Below are positions 47,279-55,989 of a stretch of 64,000 nt of DNA, piece after piece. Where the stretch lies: positions 1 through 64,000 of IMG/VR virus record IMGVR_UViG_3300045999_010033; one strand, given 5' to 3'. Numbering within the stretch: the stretch's first letter is position 1; every line of letters begins with the position of its first letter. The stretch is from a virus. The translations under genes and the position numbers were made by a program. The notes under the pieces are model-generated. The model had not been told where the DNA came from. It searched no databases and saw only the letters and a list, made by a program, of their open reading frames with translations.

Positions 47279-47449
47279 TTAAATTTAAAATCGCTACATA
47301 AAGAGCGTAAACGATAACACATAAAACTAAAATCACAATAATCATCATCGTTTCATACGGATATGTTTTTTCACTAATAAGCAATAACCCAAACACTAAT
47401 AATACCAAAAATGTGTAAAATGCTGCTTTAAGTTTCTTTTTCATAACTT

Positions 47450-48112
47450 TTATTTATATTTTTCTACTGATTCATGATGGTCGAAACTCATTAGGCTTTT
47501 GATTGGTTGCCTTCTCATACGGGTAGCAATTTCACTTACCGAAATCGGCCTCAAACCATTACCGTCCACACCAACATCCATCATTTTACCTGGTCCAATT
47601 CTACTAGCCATAGGTAAATGAACGTGTCCATGCAAATGAATTGCACCATTGGCCATTTGGTCCCAACTGGCAATAGGAAAGTGCATCAGTACAAACAATT
47701 CACTACTAACAAGCGGAGTACCCACATTCCGTTTTACAGTTAAATGTAAGTATTTGTTTACGGAACTGAAATGTGATTGACATCCTTCTTTGTTTCTCTC
47801 AATATGATGGTCGTGGTTTCCGGTGATGATGTGAATGTTCTTACATACGATACGATTACGGAAGGCTTCGATTTGCTCAAACCCACCAAAACTCCAATCG
47901 CCCAAATGAAAAAGAATATCATCTTGTCCGACTTCGGCGTTGATGTTATTCACCAATGTATCGTTCATTTCATCCAATGATTTGAAATCTCTACACGTCA
48001 CCGGGTCTTTCCATTGTGTTGTAGTGGAACAGATGTTGGCGTGATTGTAGTGTGTATCAGATGTGAACCACAATTGTTGACCTTTATTTAAACTTATTTT
48101 CATTTGTTTCAT
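47450..48112 (-). CDS. calcineurin-like metallophosphoesterase
   Basis: 'FTSDTHYNH', 'GDWSFGG', 'GNHDHH' motifs. Confidence 0.6.
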   Translation of the reverse strand: MKQMKISLNKGQQLWFTSDTHYNHANICSTTTQWKDPVTCRDFKSLDEMNDTLVNNINAEVGQDDILFHLGDWSFGGFEQIEAFRNRIVCKNIHIITGNHDHHIERNKEGCQSHFSSVNKYLHLTVKRNVGTPLVSSELFVLMHFPIASWDQMANGAIHLHGHVHLPMASRIGPGKMMDVGVDGNGLRPISVSEIATRMRRQPIKSLMSFDHHESVEKYK

Positions 48113-48296
48113 CTTTTAATACAATGATTTCTTTTACTTTCACCGGCCAAATAGGCATCCTATCAATCGTTACCTGCATATGCCCATGTAACGGATTCAC
48201 TCCGCACGATTGGCAGATACCAGTGATTCTTTGACCGGGCCACTTTGGATGGAGTACACTAATACGTTTACCAACCAAATTCAAATCGTTTCTCAT
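48084..48296 (-). CDS. hypothetical protein
   Basis: ORF track. Confidence 0.4.
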   Translation of the reverse strand: MRNDLNLVGKRISVLHPKWPGQRITGICQSCGVNPLHGHMQVTIDRMPIWPVKVKEIIVLKDETNENKFK

Positions 48297-48306
48297 AATA
48301 ATGTGT

Positions 48307-48960
48307 TTATCGCTCTTTAAGTTCTAATGAATCTAAGCTGAAGGGGCAGTACAGCAAAGTTGGATTCTTTTTCTGAATATCAACATTAGGATACTTCTTT
48401 TTGAACTCTATAACATCAAATCTATTAGTAATAAGATGAAATCCATTTTTAGTTGGAATTTCCGCAATACATTTATATCCTTCCGGTCTTAATACGTTGA
48501 TAAATGCCCGGATATCTTCTCTAACAATTTCATCCTTTGTATCAATATCGATAATCCAACGCTTCTCATAAGTTTTCAGTTGCCCAACAACCGAATCAAA
48601 TAAGTTGTTTTGAACGAACTGACCATCTTTGAGTCTTTGTGCCAAAGCCATCATCATATCCAATGAAACATCTTTATGATTTTGTTTCTGAATATGGATG
48701 TAGGCACGTGCTTTAAACATCTCACAAAGTTGGATTATTTCATCATAACGTTTTTCCAAATATTGAATACTGGAAACGCAATATGTTTTTATTGTACGAA
48801 CCGATTGGTGATTATCCCTTTCACCTTCGGGCTGGTCCTTCTTTCTTTTGAAGATATACAACATATAAAAGTCACCCTCGTTATCGAAGTTCAGCAAAGG
48901 TTTGATTAATTCGATATTGTTTATCATACTATACGATTTTTTAGACATAGTGGGTCTCAT
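48307..48960 (-). CDS. hypothetical protein (likely start at MSKKS)
   Basis: N-terminal codons in promoter repeat copy C. Confidence 0.5.
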   Translation of the reverse strand: MRPTMSKKSYSMINNIELIKPLLNFDNEGDFYMLYIFKRKKDQPEGERDNHQSVRTIKTYCVSSIQYLEKRYDEIIQLCEMFKARAYIHIQKQNHKDVSLDMMMALAQRLKDGQFVQNNLFDSVVGQLKTYEKRWIIDIDTKDEIVREDIRAFINVLRPEGYKCIAEIPTKNGFHLITNRFDVIEFKKKYPNVDIQKKNPTLLYCPFSLDSLELKER

Positions 48961-49100
48961 TGTGTATTACTACACAAAGTTAGGGCATTCTGTGCTAATA
49001 AACAAACCTATTTGTTGAATTTTTTCTAAATTTTTGAGGACTTTGTTAGAAAAAATCTAATAGTCATTGATTATCAACGAGTTATAACTCATTGATATTC
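48945..49100 (-). promoter_or_regulatory. conserved upstream repeat copy C
   Basis: See copy A. Confidence 0.6.
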
Positions 49101-49145
49101 TATGAATTATAACGTCTATTGATAATCAATGACTTACGTGGAGAA

Positions 49146-49604
49146 TTATCCCAAATAATCGAATTTTTTGATTATCTTTTTTAAGATTGCCGAATATCCA
49201 CTTGACTGGGAATATATTTTATCTAAATAGGATAGATACTCGGTTCGATTGGATATACTACGTTTTTGTATAAAACGGTCTTGCCACATTTTGTAATCCT
49301 TAACAGAATCTTTCCAACTGAAAAATGTAGCGTATCCACGATTAGATCCAGTGGCCAACGTCTCCCTCACTTTCGGATACTTCATTCCGAATAGATTGTT
49401 ATTTAATTTGAAGACTGTAGATTTAAAATGCCCACTTTCTAAAACAGCTTGTGCAAATACTACTTCGGGATATTTAATCCCATTTGCTATCAATTCACTC
49501 CACAATAATTCATAATTAGGAGGAGTATTCCGCGAGTTGTTCGCAGCGAAGCTCGTAAACAATAAAGGTAAGACGAGCAAACAAACAGTGATGATTTTTT
49601 TCAT
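49146..49604 (-). CDS. mannosyl-glycoprotein endo-beta-N-acetylglucosaminidase-like peptidoglycan hydrolase (candidate endolysin)
   Basis: Signal peptide; 'FAQAVLESGHFKS...NNLFGMK' glucosaminidase (FlgJ-type) signature. Confidence 0.6.
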   Translation of the reverse strand: MKKIITVCLLVLPLLFTSFAANNSRNTPPNYELLWSELIANGIKYPEVVFAQAVLESGHFKSTVFKLNNNLFGMKYPKVRETLATGSNRGYATFFSWKDSVKDYKMWQDRFIQKRSISNRTEYLSYLDKIYSQSSGYSAILKKIIKKFDYLG

Positions 49605-49656
49605 GCGCTTTTTGTTTTGATTAAAAATATGCCATCATTGTGACATTTATATTGAG

Positions 49657-49731
49657 TTGGGTGTGCCAGATTCGAACTGGCGATTTCTTGCTCCCAAAGC
49701 AAGCGCGATAACCGGACTACGCTAACACCCA
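49657..49731 (-). tRNA. tRNA-Pro(TGG)
   Basis: AC stem CTTGC/GCAAG loop TTTGGGA; T-arm GCCAG-TTCGAAT-CTGGC. Confidence 0.7.
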
Positions 49732-49780
49732 GTGTTTAAGTATTAAATATAAGTATTTTTTTGGATTAAACCAAAACTGA

Positions 49781-50515
49781 TTACCATTGTTTTTGAGATG
49801 TAACCAGGAATTGGTGAGCCGGTTGACCCGTGTTGGGGCTAACCCACGATAACCAAGATCCAGTTATTTGTTGAGGAGCCGGGCCTATTACTGATTTATA
49901 TGGAATACGTGCAATCAACGGCCCTTTAATTGTCAAACTACCCGTTGACCAAATGTATAATACAGAATTAGCAGGTAGTATATCTATTGGTGCTTTCCTT
50001 ATTAGGAATACACGCGTATCAGTTCCGGCAGTTGGGAAGCGGTTCATCTGTCCAATTCTTTCACCAACTGCGGTAGAGGCGGTTGCATTAGATGCCGTTG
50101 TATAATATAATGCGTAACTTTGTGTTACTGCACTTCTGGCTACAAGCGAATATCCAATAATATAATTGCCTTGTGGTATTACCGATGCTGTCATAGCAAA
50201 CGCAAATGGTGCACCCCAACTCGTACTACCAGTAGTAGGACCGGTTATTTGTGCATCGGTGTGACCATACTTCACCATACCATTCAATGCCGAAAATACT
50301 GCATTATACGATGCCGAGTTCACTTGAACAAAATCACCAACACTTGCCGAATCATAACTTGCGGTATTTGCCGACGAAAGTGCTGCACGAATTGCATCAG
50401 ATACTACCGATTGTGTTGCAGCCGCCCCTACGTTCATCACCATTCTGCCGATTCCGCTTTGATTATTCATTGATAATCCGCCGCCGGCTCCAGTATTTGA
50501 AAACTTTATGGGCAT
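49781..50515 (-). CDS. Gly/Ala/Ser/Thr-rich protein (possible structural/fibre-like)
   Basis: 244 aa, low complexity. Confidence 0.45.
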   Translation of the reverse strand: MPIKFSNTGAGGGLSMNNQSGIGRMVMNVGAAATQSVVSDAIRAALSSANTASYDSASVGDFVQVNSASYNAVFSALNGMVKYGHTDAQITGPTTGSTSWGAPFAFAMTASVIPQGNYIIGYSLVARSAVTQSYALYYTTASNATASTAVGERIGQMNRFPTAGTDTRVFLIRKAPIDILPANSVLYIWSTGSLTIKGPLIARIPYKSVIGPAPQQITGSWLSWVSPNTGQPAHQFLVTSQKQW

Positions 50516-50560
50516 CTCTTTTCCTTTATAATAGGTATAATGGAATTGAGAAAAAATGGT

Positions 50561-50633
50561 AGTCCCATCGTGATTCGAACACGAAACCTACGCTTTAGAA
50601 GAGCGTCGCTCTAATCCTGTTGAGCTATGGGAC
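50561..50633 (-). tRNA. tRNA-Arg(TCT)
   Basis: AC stem ACGCT/AGCGT loop CTTCTAA. Confidence 0.7.
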
Positions 50634-50653
50634 CATAAAAGATAATTATCTTT

Positions 50654-50727
50654 TGGCGGTTCGTAGGGGTTACGCTCCCCTGCCTTCGCAGTGACAGTGC
50701 GATATTCTACTATTATACTAACGAACC
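50654..50727 (-). tRNA. tRNA-Asp(GTC) with non-canonical T-loop (AGCGTAA) and encoded CCA
   Basis: Acceptor GGTTCGT/ACGAACC perfect, AC stem TCGCA/TGCGA loop CTGTCAC. Confidence 0.6.
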
Positions 50728-50734
50728 AAAACTG

Positions 50735-50817
50735 AGCCGAGAGCCGGATTCGAACCGGCGTGTCCTTGCGGATCCTGATTACAAGTCAGGTGCAATCGGC
50801 CACTATGCGACCTCGGC
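50735..50817 (-). tRNA. class-II (long V-arm, Tyr-like body) tRNA with anticodon TGT
   Basis: Perfect AC stem CCTGA/TCAGG, loop CTTGTAA; D-arm GCA-TAGTGGCCGAT-TGC nearly identical to tRNA-Tyr at 55439. Confidence 0.6.
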
Positions 50818-51027
50818 TTATATTATCTTACAATACTATATACAACCGTCAACATCCAACCATCTCCATTGCTGTTGGTATGTACTGATTCAATCTTTAT
50901 TGTGTTTGGTCCAAATTCTGCAACCCATGCATCAAATTGCCGATTCAATTCATCACCAGCAAAGGTGCCGCGTTTTCCACTTGTAAATACTTTAATCATA
51001 TACTTTTATTTTTATTTTCTGCGTCAG

Positions 51028-51152
51028 GGTGGGGAATCGAACCCCACACTCTCATACCAGGAGCTATGCCTAGAGTTACATCACGTATAGTGTTTTCACA
51101 CATCCCCTATATTATGCGACGGCCTTAACGTTTACCCATTACGTCACCTGAC
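51028..51152 (-). ncRNA. 125-nt tRNA-like gene with internal insertion
   Basis: 5' GTCAGGT-GA-CGT-AATGGGTAA-ACG (acceptor + D-arm) and 3' TGGGG-TTCGATT-CCCCA-CCCTGAC separated by about 50 extra nt. Confidence 0.4.
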
Positions 51153-51343
51153 TACCACTTCTATTTAATTTTGAATAGCCTATCGAAGAATCGTTTTAGA
51201 GTCGGTTTTAGTTTTCGATTTCTTTTTAGCTCTTCTTGATACGCTATTACTTCCAATACCTCATCAAACCTAATTGGAGTTCCTCTACGGACATCATCGG
51301 ATAACTTTTCTAATCTTTCGTTTTTCATTTTTTTATTGTTCAG

Positions 51344-51439
51344 TAGTCAGGACACGAATCGAATCTGTATTTAGGATTGTTTAATCGGGCTTCATACCGT
51401 ACCTACCTTTCGGTGCGTCTACCGTTCCGCCACCTGACT
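51344..51439 (-). pseudogene. degenerate copy of the AGTCAGG class-II tRNA-like element
   Basis: Acceptor AGTCAGG/CCTGACT and D-arm intact, T-stem and AC arm disrupted. Confidence 0.4.
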
Positions 51440-51446
51440 ATTTTAT

Positions 51447-51701
51447 TTATATCCACTTAATACGATTTTCTGTGTCCATCCATTGTTGGAATTGATTTTT
51501 GTTAACCAAACACGTTCTCTTTTCTTCACCAAACATATTATTCATTGTAATTGATGTATCAGGGACAGAAATCAAACACTCAACAATCAAATGATCCCCT
51601 ATCTCACCATGTTCATCATCATAATCTTTTTCTTTCCATCCTAAAATTTCCAAAACGTATTTATTATCTATTCTAATGAATTTTAAAAGACTTTTTTCCA
51701 T
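51447..51701 (-). CDS. hypothetical protein
   Basis: ORF track. Confidence 0.45.
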   Translation of the reverse strand: MEKSLLKFIRIDNKYVLEILGWKEKDYDDEHGEIGDHLIVECLISVPDTSITMNNMFGEEKRTCLVNKNQFQQWMDTENRIKWI

Positions 51702-51702
51702 G

Positions 51703-52011
51703 TTATTTAGTTTTTGCGATTTCTACATTCAAAGCATTATTGAGCAATGAATACAATTTTGATGTAAAATCTCTCGAAAAGATTGACATCCAATTCATCT
51801 CTGTTTCCAACTCCTCAATAGATTCACGAATACTATCTTGATATCCTTTATGGTTAGTCACAATCCACAATGCAAGATTATTAATTCTTACTTTAAGTGA
51901 CTCGGATAAACATCCGTTATTTTGCATCATACAAAAAACTTGGTCTGCCCATTCATTACCACCAGTATCAAACAACTTGTTTTTGTCAGTGTATTTTTTC
52001 ATAATAATCAA
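51703..52011 (-). CDS. hypothetical protein
   Basis: ORF track. Confidence 0.45.
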   Translation of the reverse strand: MIIMKKYTDKNKLFDTGGNEWADQVFCMMQNNGCLSESLKVRINNLALWIVTNHKGYQDSIRESIEELETEMNWMSIFSRDFTSKLYSLLNNALNVEIAKTK

Positions 52012-52018
52012 TTTTTAG

Positions 52019-52096
52019 TAGTCAGGACAGGATTCGAACCTGCATGGTCACTCCTTTGTGTACACCGCGAGCTGCGTTACCATTCGCCACCTGACT
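52019..52096 (-). tRNA. AGTCAGG class-II tRNA-like element (no canonical anticodon stem found)
   Basis: Acceptor AGTCAGG/CCTGACT, D-arm GCG-AATGGTAA-CGC, T-arm GCAGG-TTCGAAT-CCTGT. Confidence 0.45.
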
Positions 52097-52240
52097 AACC
52101 ATAGGAAAGAAGAAGATGGTCGCGTGGACAACTTCTTTTACGATTGGCGTTACTTAGGTGAATACCTCCCAACTCCGATTATATCAGCCGGTATTCACTC
52201 TCGTGCTGTTGATATAATCATTCCCCAATCAACCTATTTG

Positions 52241-52313
52241 TACTCCCGACCGGAATCGAACCGGCATCTTCAGATCGAAAATCTGACGAACTCAACCATT
52301 ATTCGACGGGAGC
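52241..52313 (-). tRNA. tRNA-Glu(TTC)
   Basis: AC stem TCAGA/TCTGA loop TTTTCGA. Confidence 0.65.
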
Positions 52314-52362
52314 AATTGTTATACAATGATAAGGAATTTATTTGTATATTCCAAATCTATGT

Positions 52363-52438
52363 GGGTAACTAATGGGGTACGATCCCATAATCTTCTGCTT
52401 CACAAACAGACGCTTTATTCCATTTAAGCGATAGCTAC
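52363..52438 (-). tRNA. tRNA-His(GTG) with extra 5' G(-1)
   Basis: AC stem TCTGT/GCAGA loop TTGTGAA; T-loop ATCGTAC. Confidence 0.7.
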
Positions 52439-52447
52439 CATATAAAG

Positions 52448-52519
52448 AGGCGGGAGTAGGAATCGAACCTACCTAAGAGGGGTTGCAGTCCTCCACCTGA
52501 GCCACTCGGCCATCCCGCC
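52448..52519 (-). tRNA. tRNA-Cys(GCA)
   Basis: Acceptor GGCGGGA/TCCCGCC; AC loop CTGCAAC. Confidence 0.65.
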
Positions 52520-52525
52520 AGCCTA

Positions 52526-53086
52526 TTACCTATCCATTATGATTTTAGCAAAATTCGTATCAACCTTCACTCTCTCTATCAATTGCTGCGATGTCATATT
52601 TTTAGCTTCTTCCAATATCTTGTCCTTTTGGCTTGCTATACCCAAATCCACCTGTGCTTCCTTTGCCATTGATTTCAATTCAGTAACTACAAAGGTAGAA
52701 AGTTCATGCGGTATTTGTTTAGCCGCCGAATCCGTAGTAAGGAATTGCATCGTACCACCGCCGGCTATGATTAGTAATGTTTCTTTCTTTGTAGGAGTAA
52801 ACATATAACCCGCCCAAGTAATCAAAGATAAAACCAAAGTAACATAAAATATACTTGAGATGTATCGTTTTAACATTTTTGCCGAACGAACCTCAGGATG
52901 TGTTTTTTCTTCTTCTTCGGTTTTACAATTACCATCAGAAATTTGACTCATTAAATGCATCGCCGCACCTATCATCGCAATAAATGCAAAAATAGCCATC
53001 CACGTAAAAATATCACTTGCTACATCGAAGAAAGTCCTAACAGAATCTGCACGAGTTACCCAATAAAAAATAGAATACCAATTCAT
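52526..53086 (-). CDS. integral membrane protein
   Basis: Three predicted TM helices. Confidence 0.5.
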   Translation of the reverse strand: MNWYSIFYWVTRADSVRTFFDVASDIFTWMAIFAFIAMIGAAMHLMSQISDGNCKTEEEEKTHPEVRSAKMLKRYISSIFYVTLVLSLITWAGYMFTPTKKETLLIIAGGGTMQFLTTDSAAKQIPHELSTFVVTELKSMAKEAQVDLGIASQKDKILEEAKNMTSQQLIERVKVDTNFAKIIMDR

Positions 53087-53105
53087 AACATTTGATTTTA
53101 AAAAA

Positions 53106-53348
53106 TTAAACTAATTTATTTGCGATTTTCAAAATTGTTTCCTCATCTTCTTTTGTTAGTTTCCACGCATTTCCAATGAGTTTGCTTACTTGCGCATCAA
53201 ATTCACTAACGGATACATCATCCGGATGAACTCCACCCATTTGCTTTGGAACATATCCATCTTCATACAATGCGTCTGCTAACTCTTGCTTTTCATATCG
53301 GGCTAAACCGAAAATAAGGTCATCAACATCAATTTCAATACTTGCCAT
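53106..53348 (-). CDS. hypothetical protein
   Basis: ORF track. Confidence 0.45.
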   Translation of the reverse strand: MASIEIDVDDLIFGLARYEKQELADALYEDGYVPKQMGGVHPDDVSVSEFDAQVSKLIGNAWKLTKEDEETILKIANKLV

Positions 53349-53358
53349 AACTTTTATT

Positions 53359-53880
53359 TTATTTATTTAGTTTACTAATACACTCATCAACTTTGTCACG
53401 CAACCTACCACCATTTCCGTGGTCACCATTCACCTGAACGTGTCTCCATTGTGGAACACGCATCCATTTGAATTGGCCGGCGAGATTCAAATCATCAATG
53501 GCAATCCAATTTTTCACTCCGTTATCCTTTACCCATTTACGAATTTCTGCCGCACGTTCCCATTCGATTGGTGGACGGCTCATTTTCTTCCATAGGTCTT
53601 GATGTGTGGTGATATCAATCAACAAGTGACCAGGTATTCCAAAGTGTTCAAATACTCGTTTCATTTGGATAAAACTGAAATGCTTTCTCCAATCCGAGCT
53701 CAATACAAGTCGTGCATCAGTCTCACGAAGAACTTTGTGTAGAGCCTGGCAATCTTCCTCTACCCATCTGTATGGGATTTTGAACAATTGTGAACCGGCG
53801 TGCAGTTCAACACGGCCCGTTCCCCATGTTCCCCATGCCAATGGGCCATCAACATCAATGAATATGATTTTATTGTTCAT
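53359..53880 (-). CDS. HAD-family phosphatase (T4 Pnk 3'-phosphatase-domain-like)
   Basis: 'IIFIDVDGPLA' DxDG(T/P) motif I at N-terminus. Confidence 0.55.
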   Translation of the reverse strand: MNNKIIFIDVDGPLAWGTWGTGRVELHAGSQLFKIPYRWVEEDCQALHKVLRETDARLVLSSDWRKHFSFIQMKRVFEHFGIPGHLLIDITTHQDLWKKMSRPPIEWERAAEIRKWVKDNGVKNWIAIDDLNLAGQFKWMRVPQWRHVQVNGDHGNGGRLRDKVDECISKLNK

Positions 53881-54559
53881 CTTTTTTAGTTTTTAATCTC
53901 AAGTCACCAAACTTACTATTGGCGAGCAAGTCATCGTAATCTTTGTATCCTTGCTCTCTCGCCCATTCATCGCTTTTCTTTTGGCGATACTCTTTTACTT
54001 TCTCCGGGTCTTTCATTTGCTCAACACTCTCAAACCCTAAATCACGTGCACATTCCGATTCGCACCATCCATGTGAACCGATTTCTATATTGATTGGAAG
54101 GTCGGTTTCCAATGATTCGATGAAATTTTCAAATTGATTTGCAGCTACAAATGGCATTGAGTAACTACCTTCGGAAACAGCGTATCCGCTTTCATCTTCA
54201 CTATCGAATATCTCAATCCTACCCATACGATACCTTTCACCGAATAATGAAAATACACCATAGCCAACGGTAGAGTAACTGAACCGACCCGGATGACTTA
54301 CCCCTTCGTTATCAATACAACCGGGGTTCACTTCCATCCAATTGGCCAATTCATTAATCAATTCTTCATCGGATAATTCTGGCGATTTACGCCTGATGTT
54401 TTTGAGAAACCATCCTAACTTACTTCTATCCACTTTCATAACAATTCGTTTTAATGTAGCCTCTGAGCGAATCGAACGCCCACCAATTGATCCGTAGTCA
54501 ATCATTCTATCCGTTAAACTAAAAGGCCGGTTAGCACGGGTTGTAAGAATCGAACTCAC
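53870..54559 (-). CDS. hypothetical protein
   Basis: ORF track; N-terminus may overlap tRNA-Arg by a few nt. Confidence 0.45.
   Translation of the reverse strand: MSSILTTRANRPFSLTDRMIDYGSIGGRSIRSEATLKRIVMKVDRSKLGWFLKNIRRKSPELSDEELINELANWMEVNPGCIDNEGVSHPGRFSYSTVGYGVFSLFGERYRMGRIEIFDSEDESGYAVSEGSYSMPFVAANQFENFIESLETDLPINIEIGSHGWCESECARDLGFESVEQMKDPEKVKEYRQKKSDEWAREQGYKDYDDLLANSKFGDLRLKTKKDEQ
54457..54528 (-). tRNA. tRNA-Arg(ACG)
   Basis: AC stem ATTGA/TCAAT loop CTACGGA; G-U-rich acceptor. Confidence 0.65.
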
Positions 54560-54603
54560 TCCTAGGGATTTGGAGTCCCATTGGCTACCATAGCCTAACC
54601 CGT
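54535..54603 (-). tRNA. tRNA-Trp(CCA) (short D-arm)
   Basis: Acceptor ACGGGTT/AACCCGT; AC loop CTCCAAA. Confidence 0.6.
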
Positions 54604-54608
54604 GTATG

Positions 54609-54682
54609 TGTTTGGAGTGAGACTCGAACTCACATCCTCTTCGGTATCAGCGAAGTGCTCCAACCAATTGAGCTATCCAAAC
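54609..54682 (-). tRNA. tRNA-Ile(GAT)
   Basis: Acceptor GTTTGGA/TCCAAAC; AC stem CTTCG/CGAAG loop CTGATAC. Confidence 0.75.
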
Positions 54683-54686
54683 ATTG

Positions 54687-54760
54687 TGACCCCGCTGCGA
54701 CTCGAACGCAGGACTCCTAAATTAAAAGTTTAGTGCTCTAACCAACTGAGCTACGAGGTC
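54687..54760 (-). tRNA. tRNA-Lys(TTT)
   Basis: AC stem CTAAA/TTTAG loop CTTTTAA. Confidence 0.75.
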
Positions 54761-54766
54761 AACTAT

Positions 54767-55291
54767 TCATTCTATATCAGAATTAGAATTGTACTGAAAC
54801 GTTATAAACGTATGTTCCAAGTACATATCATGTTCTATCTTTATATTTTCCGGAGAGATATCATAAGAACACATATCACAATTCCACAATGCTTCCCACA
54901 ATCCGGCTTTGAATTGGGCCTCATCGTTGTATTTGGTCAAACCCAATATACATCCCAACGTCGGCGGTAAATACTTTCTTTCCAATTCTTTACAATGTTC
55001 TCTATACGCTTTCCAATTCTCCGGATTTTCCATATCACTCGTCCATGCATCATGCAGTTTTTTATTCATATCCGTATCCTCTTCGCTTACCTGAATCAGG
55101 TTATTAGAGTGTAGGTATTCGGTGGACAGTGTAGGCAAATTGTTTGTTACAATGTATTCACCTACATACATTCCGAGCATATAATCAACACTAACGGAAT
55201 CAAACCACTTTTGAGTTTGGGCGATTTGCTCTTCCCTATATTCGGGCGTCTTCACTCTACGAAACAATTCATCCAATGATATTTTACGCAT
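54767..55291 (-). CDS. hypothetical protein
   Basis: ORF track. Confidence 0.5.
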   Translation of the reverse strand: MRKISLDELFRRVKTPEYREEQIAQTQKWFDSVSVDYMLGMYVGEYIVTNNLPTLSTEYLHSNNLIQVSEEDTDMNKKLHDAWTSDMENPENWKAYREHCKELERKYLPPTLGCILGLTKYNDEAQFKAGLWEALWNCDMCSYDISPENIKIEHDMYLEHTFITFQYNSNSDIE

Positions 55292-55308
55292 ATTATTATT
55301 TTTTAGTG

Positions 55309-55383
55309 GTGGAGCCTCAGGGAATCGAACCCCATCCTCCCGCTCTTCAGGCGGGCGTACGCACCAGCTATACGAAAGCTCCT
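55309..55383 (-). tRNA. tRNA-Phe(GAA) with encoded CCA
   Basis: AC stem CCCGC/GCGGG loop CTGAAGA. Confidence 0.7.
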
Positions 55384-55438
55384 GGCGGCCGCCTCTTACT
55401 ATTTCATAAGATATTTACTCAGGCATTTGGCCATGTTG

Positions 55439-55520
55439 TTGGGGTAGACGGACTCGAACCGCCGGACTCCGAAGAGAGAGCATTTACAGTGCCCCGCAAT
55501 TGCCGCTATGCGATACCCCA
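55439..55520 (-). tRNA. tRNA-Tyr(GTA)
   Basis: Class II; AC loop CTGTAAA; V-arm CTC-TTCG-GAG. Confidence 0.7.
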
Positions 55521-55526
55521 TTGTAG

Positions 55527-55598
55527 TAGAAGGTGGGAATTACGATATCCCGACCTCTTGGATGTAAACCAAGTGCTCTGCCTCTGAGCTAACCTTCT
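55527..55598 (-). tRNA. tRNA-Val(TAC)
   Basis: AC stem CTTGG/CCAAG loop TTTACAT. Confidence 0.7.
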
Positions 55599-55628
55599 CC
55601 GTTTTCCATATGTCAAAGAACATACCTG

Positions 55629-55700
55629 CGCTGATGGAGAATTACGATATCCCGACCTGAGTCTTAACAGGACCCTGCTCTACCTCTGAGCTACATCAGC
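55629..55700 (-). tRNA. tRNA-Asn(GTT)
   Basis: Acceptor GCTGATG/CATCAGC; AC loop CTGTTAA. Confidence 0.7.
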
Positions 55701-55717
55701 AAATGACAATAACGAAA

Positions 55718-55752
55718 ATACCCCCGAAACAATCAGGGGTATTTTACGCTAT
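55718..55752 (-). terminator. stem-loop (ATACCCC...GGGGTAT, 7 bp) followed by T-run on minus strand
   Basis: Seen in sequence between tRNA at 55915 and tRNA cluster. Confidence 0.35.
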
Positions 55753-55914
55753 CACAGTCTACTTATATGTTCACTATGCCCCTGCTATACATTTGTATCG
55801 AACACGCAGACTCCTTCCCACTTAATGATGGGATACGTGCGATTGATATGTTTATTAAACAGGTTCATAATTGTTTTGTTATAAGTATAAAGTATTTTCA
55901 AAAAAAGTTACCAG

Positions 55915-55985
55915 AGCGAAGCCAGAGAGTCGAACTCCATCCTGCGACCTGGAGGGCCGCCGTGCTACCGTTACACTAACTCCAC
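55915..55985 (-). tRNA. tRNA with anticodon TCC (Gly-like; loop CCTCCAG, C33)
   Basis: D-arm GTG-TAACGGTAG-CAC; G-U-rich acceptor. Confidence 0.5.
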
Positions 55986-55989
55986 TTAT

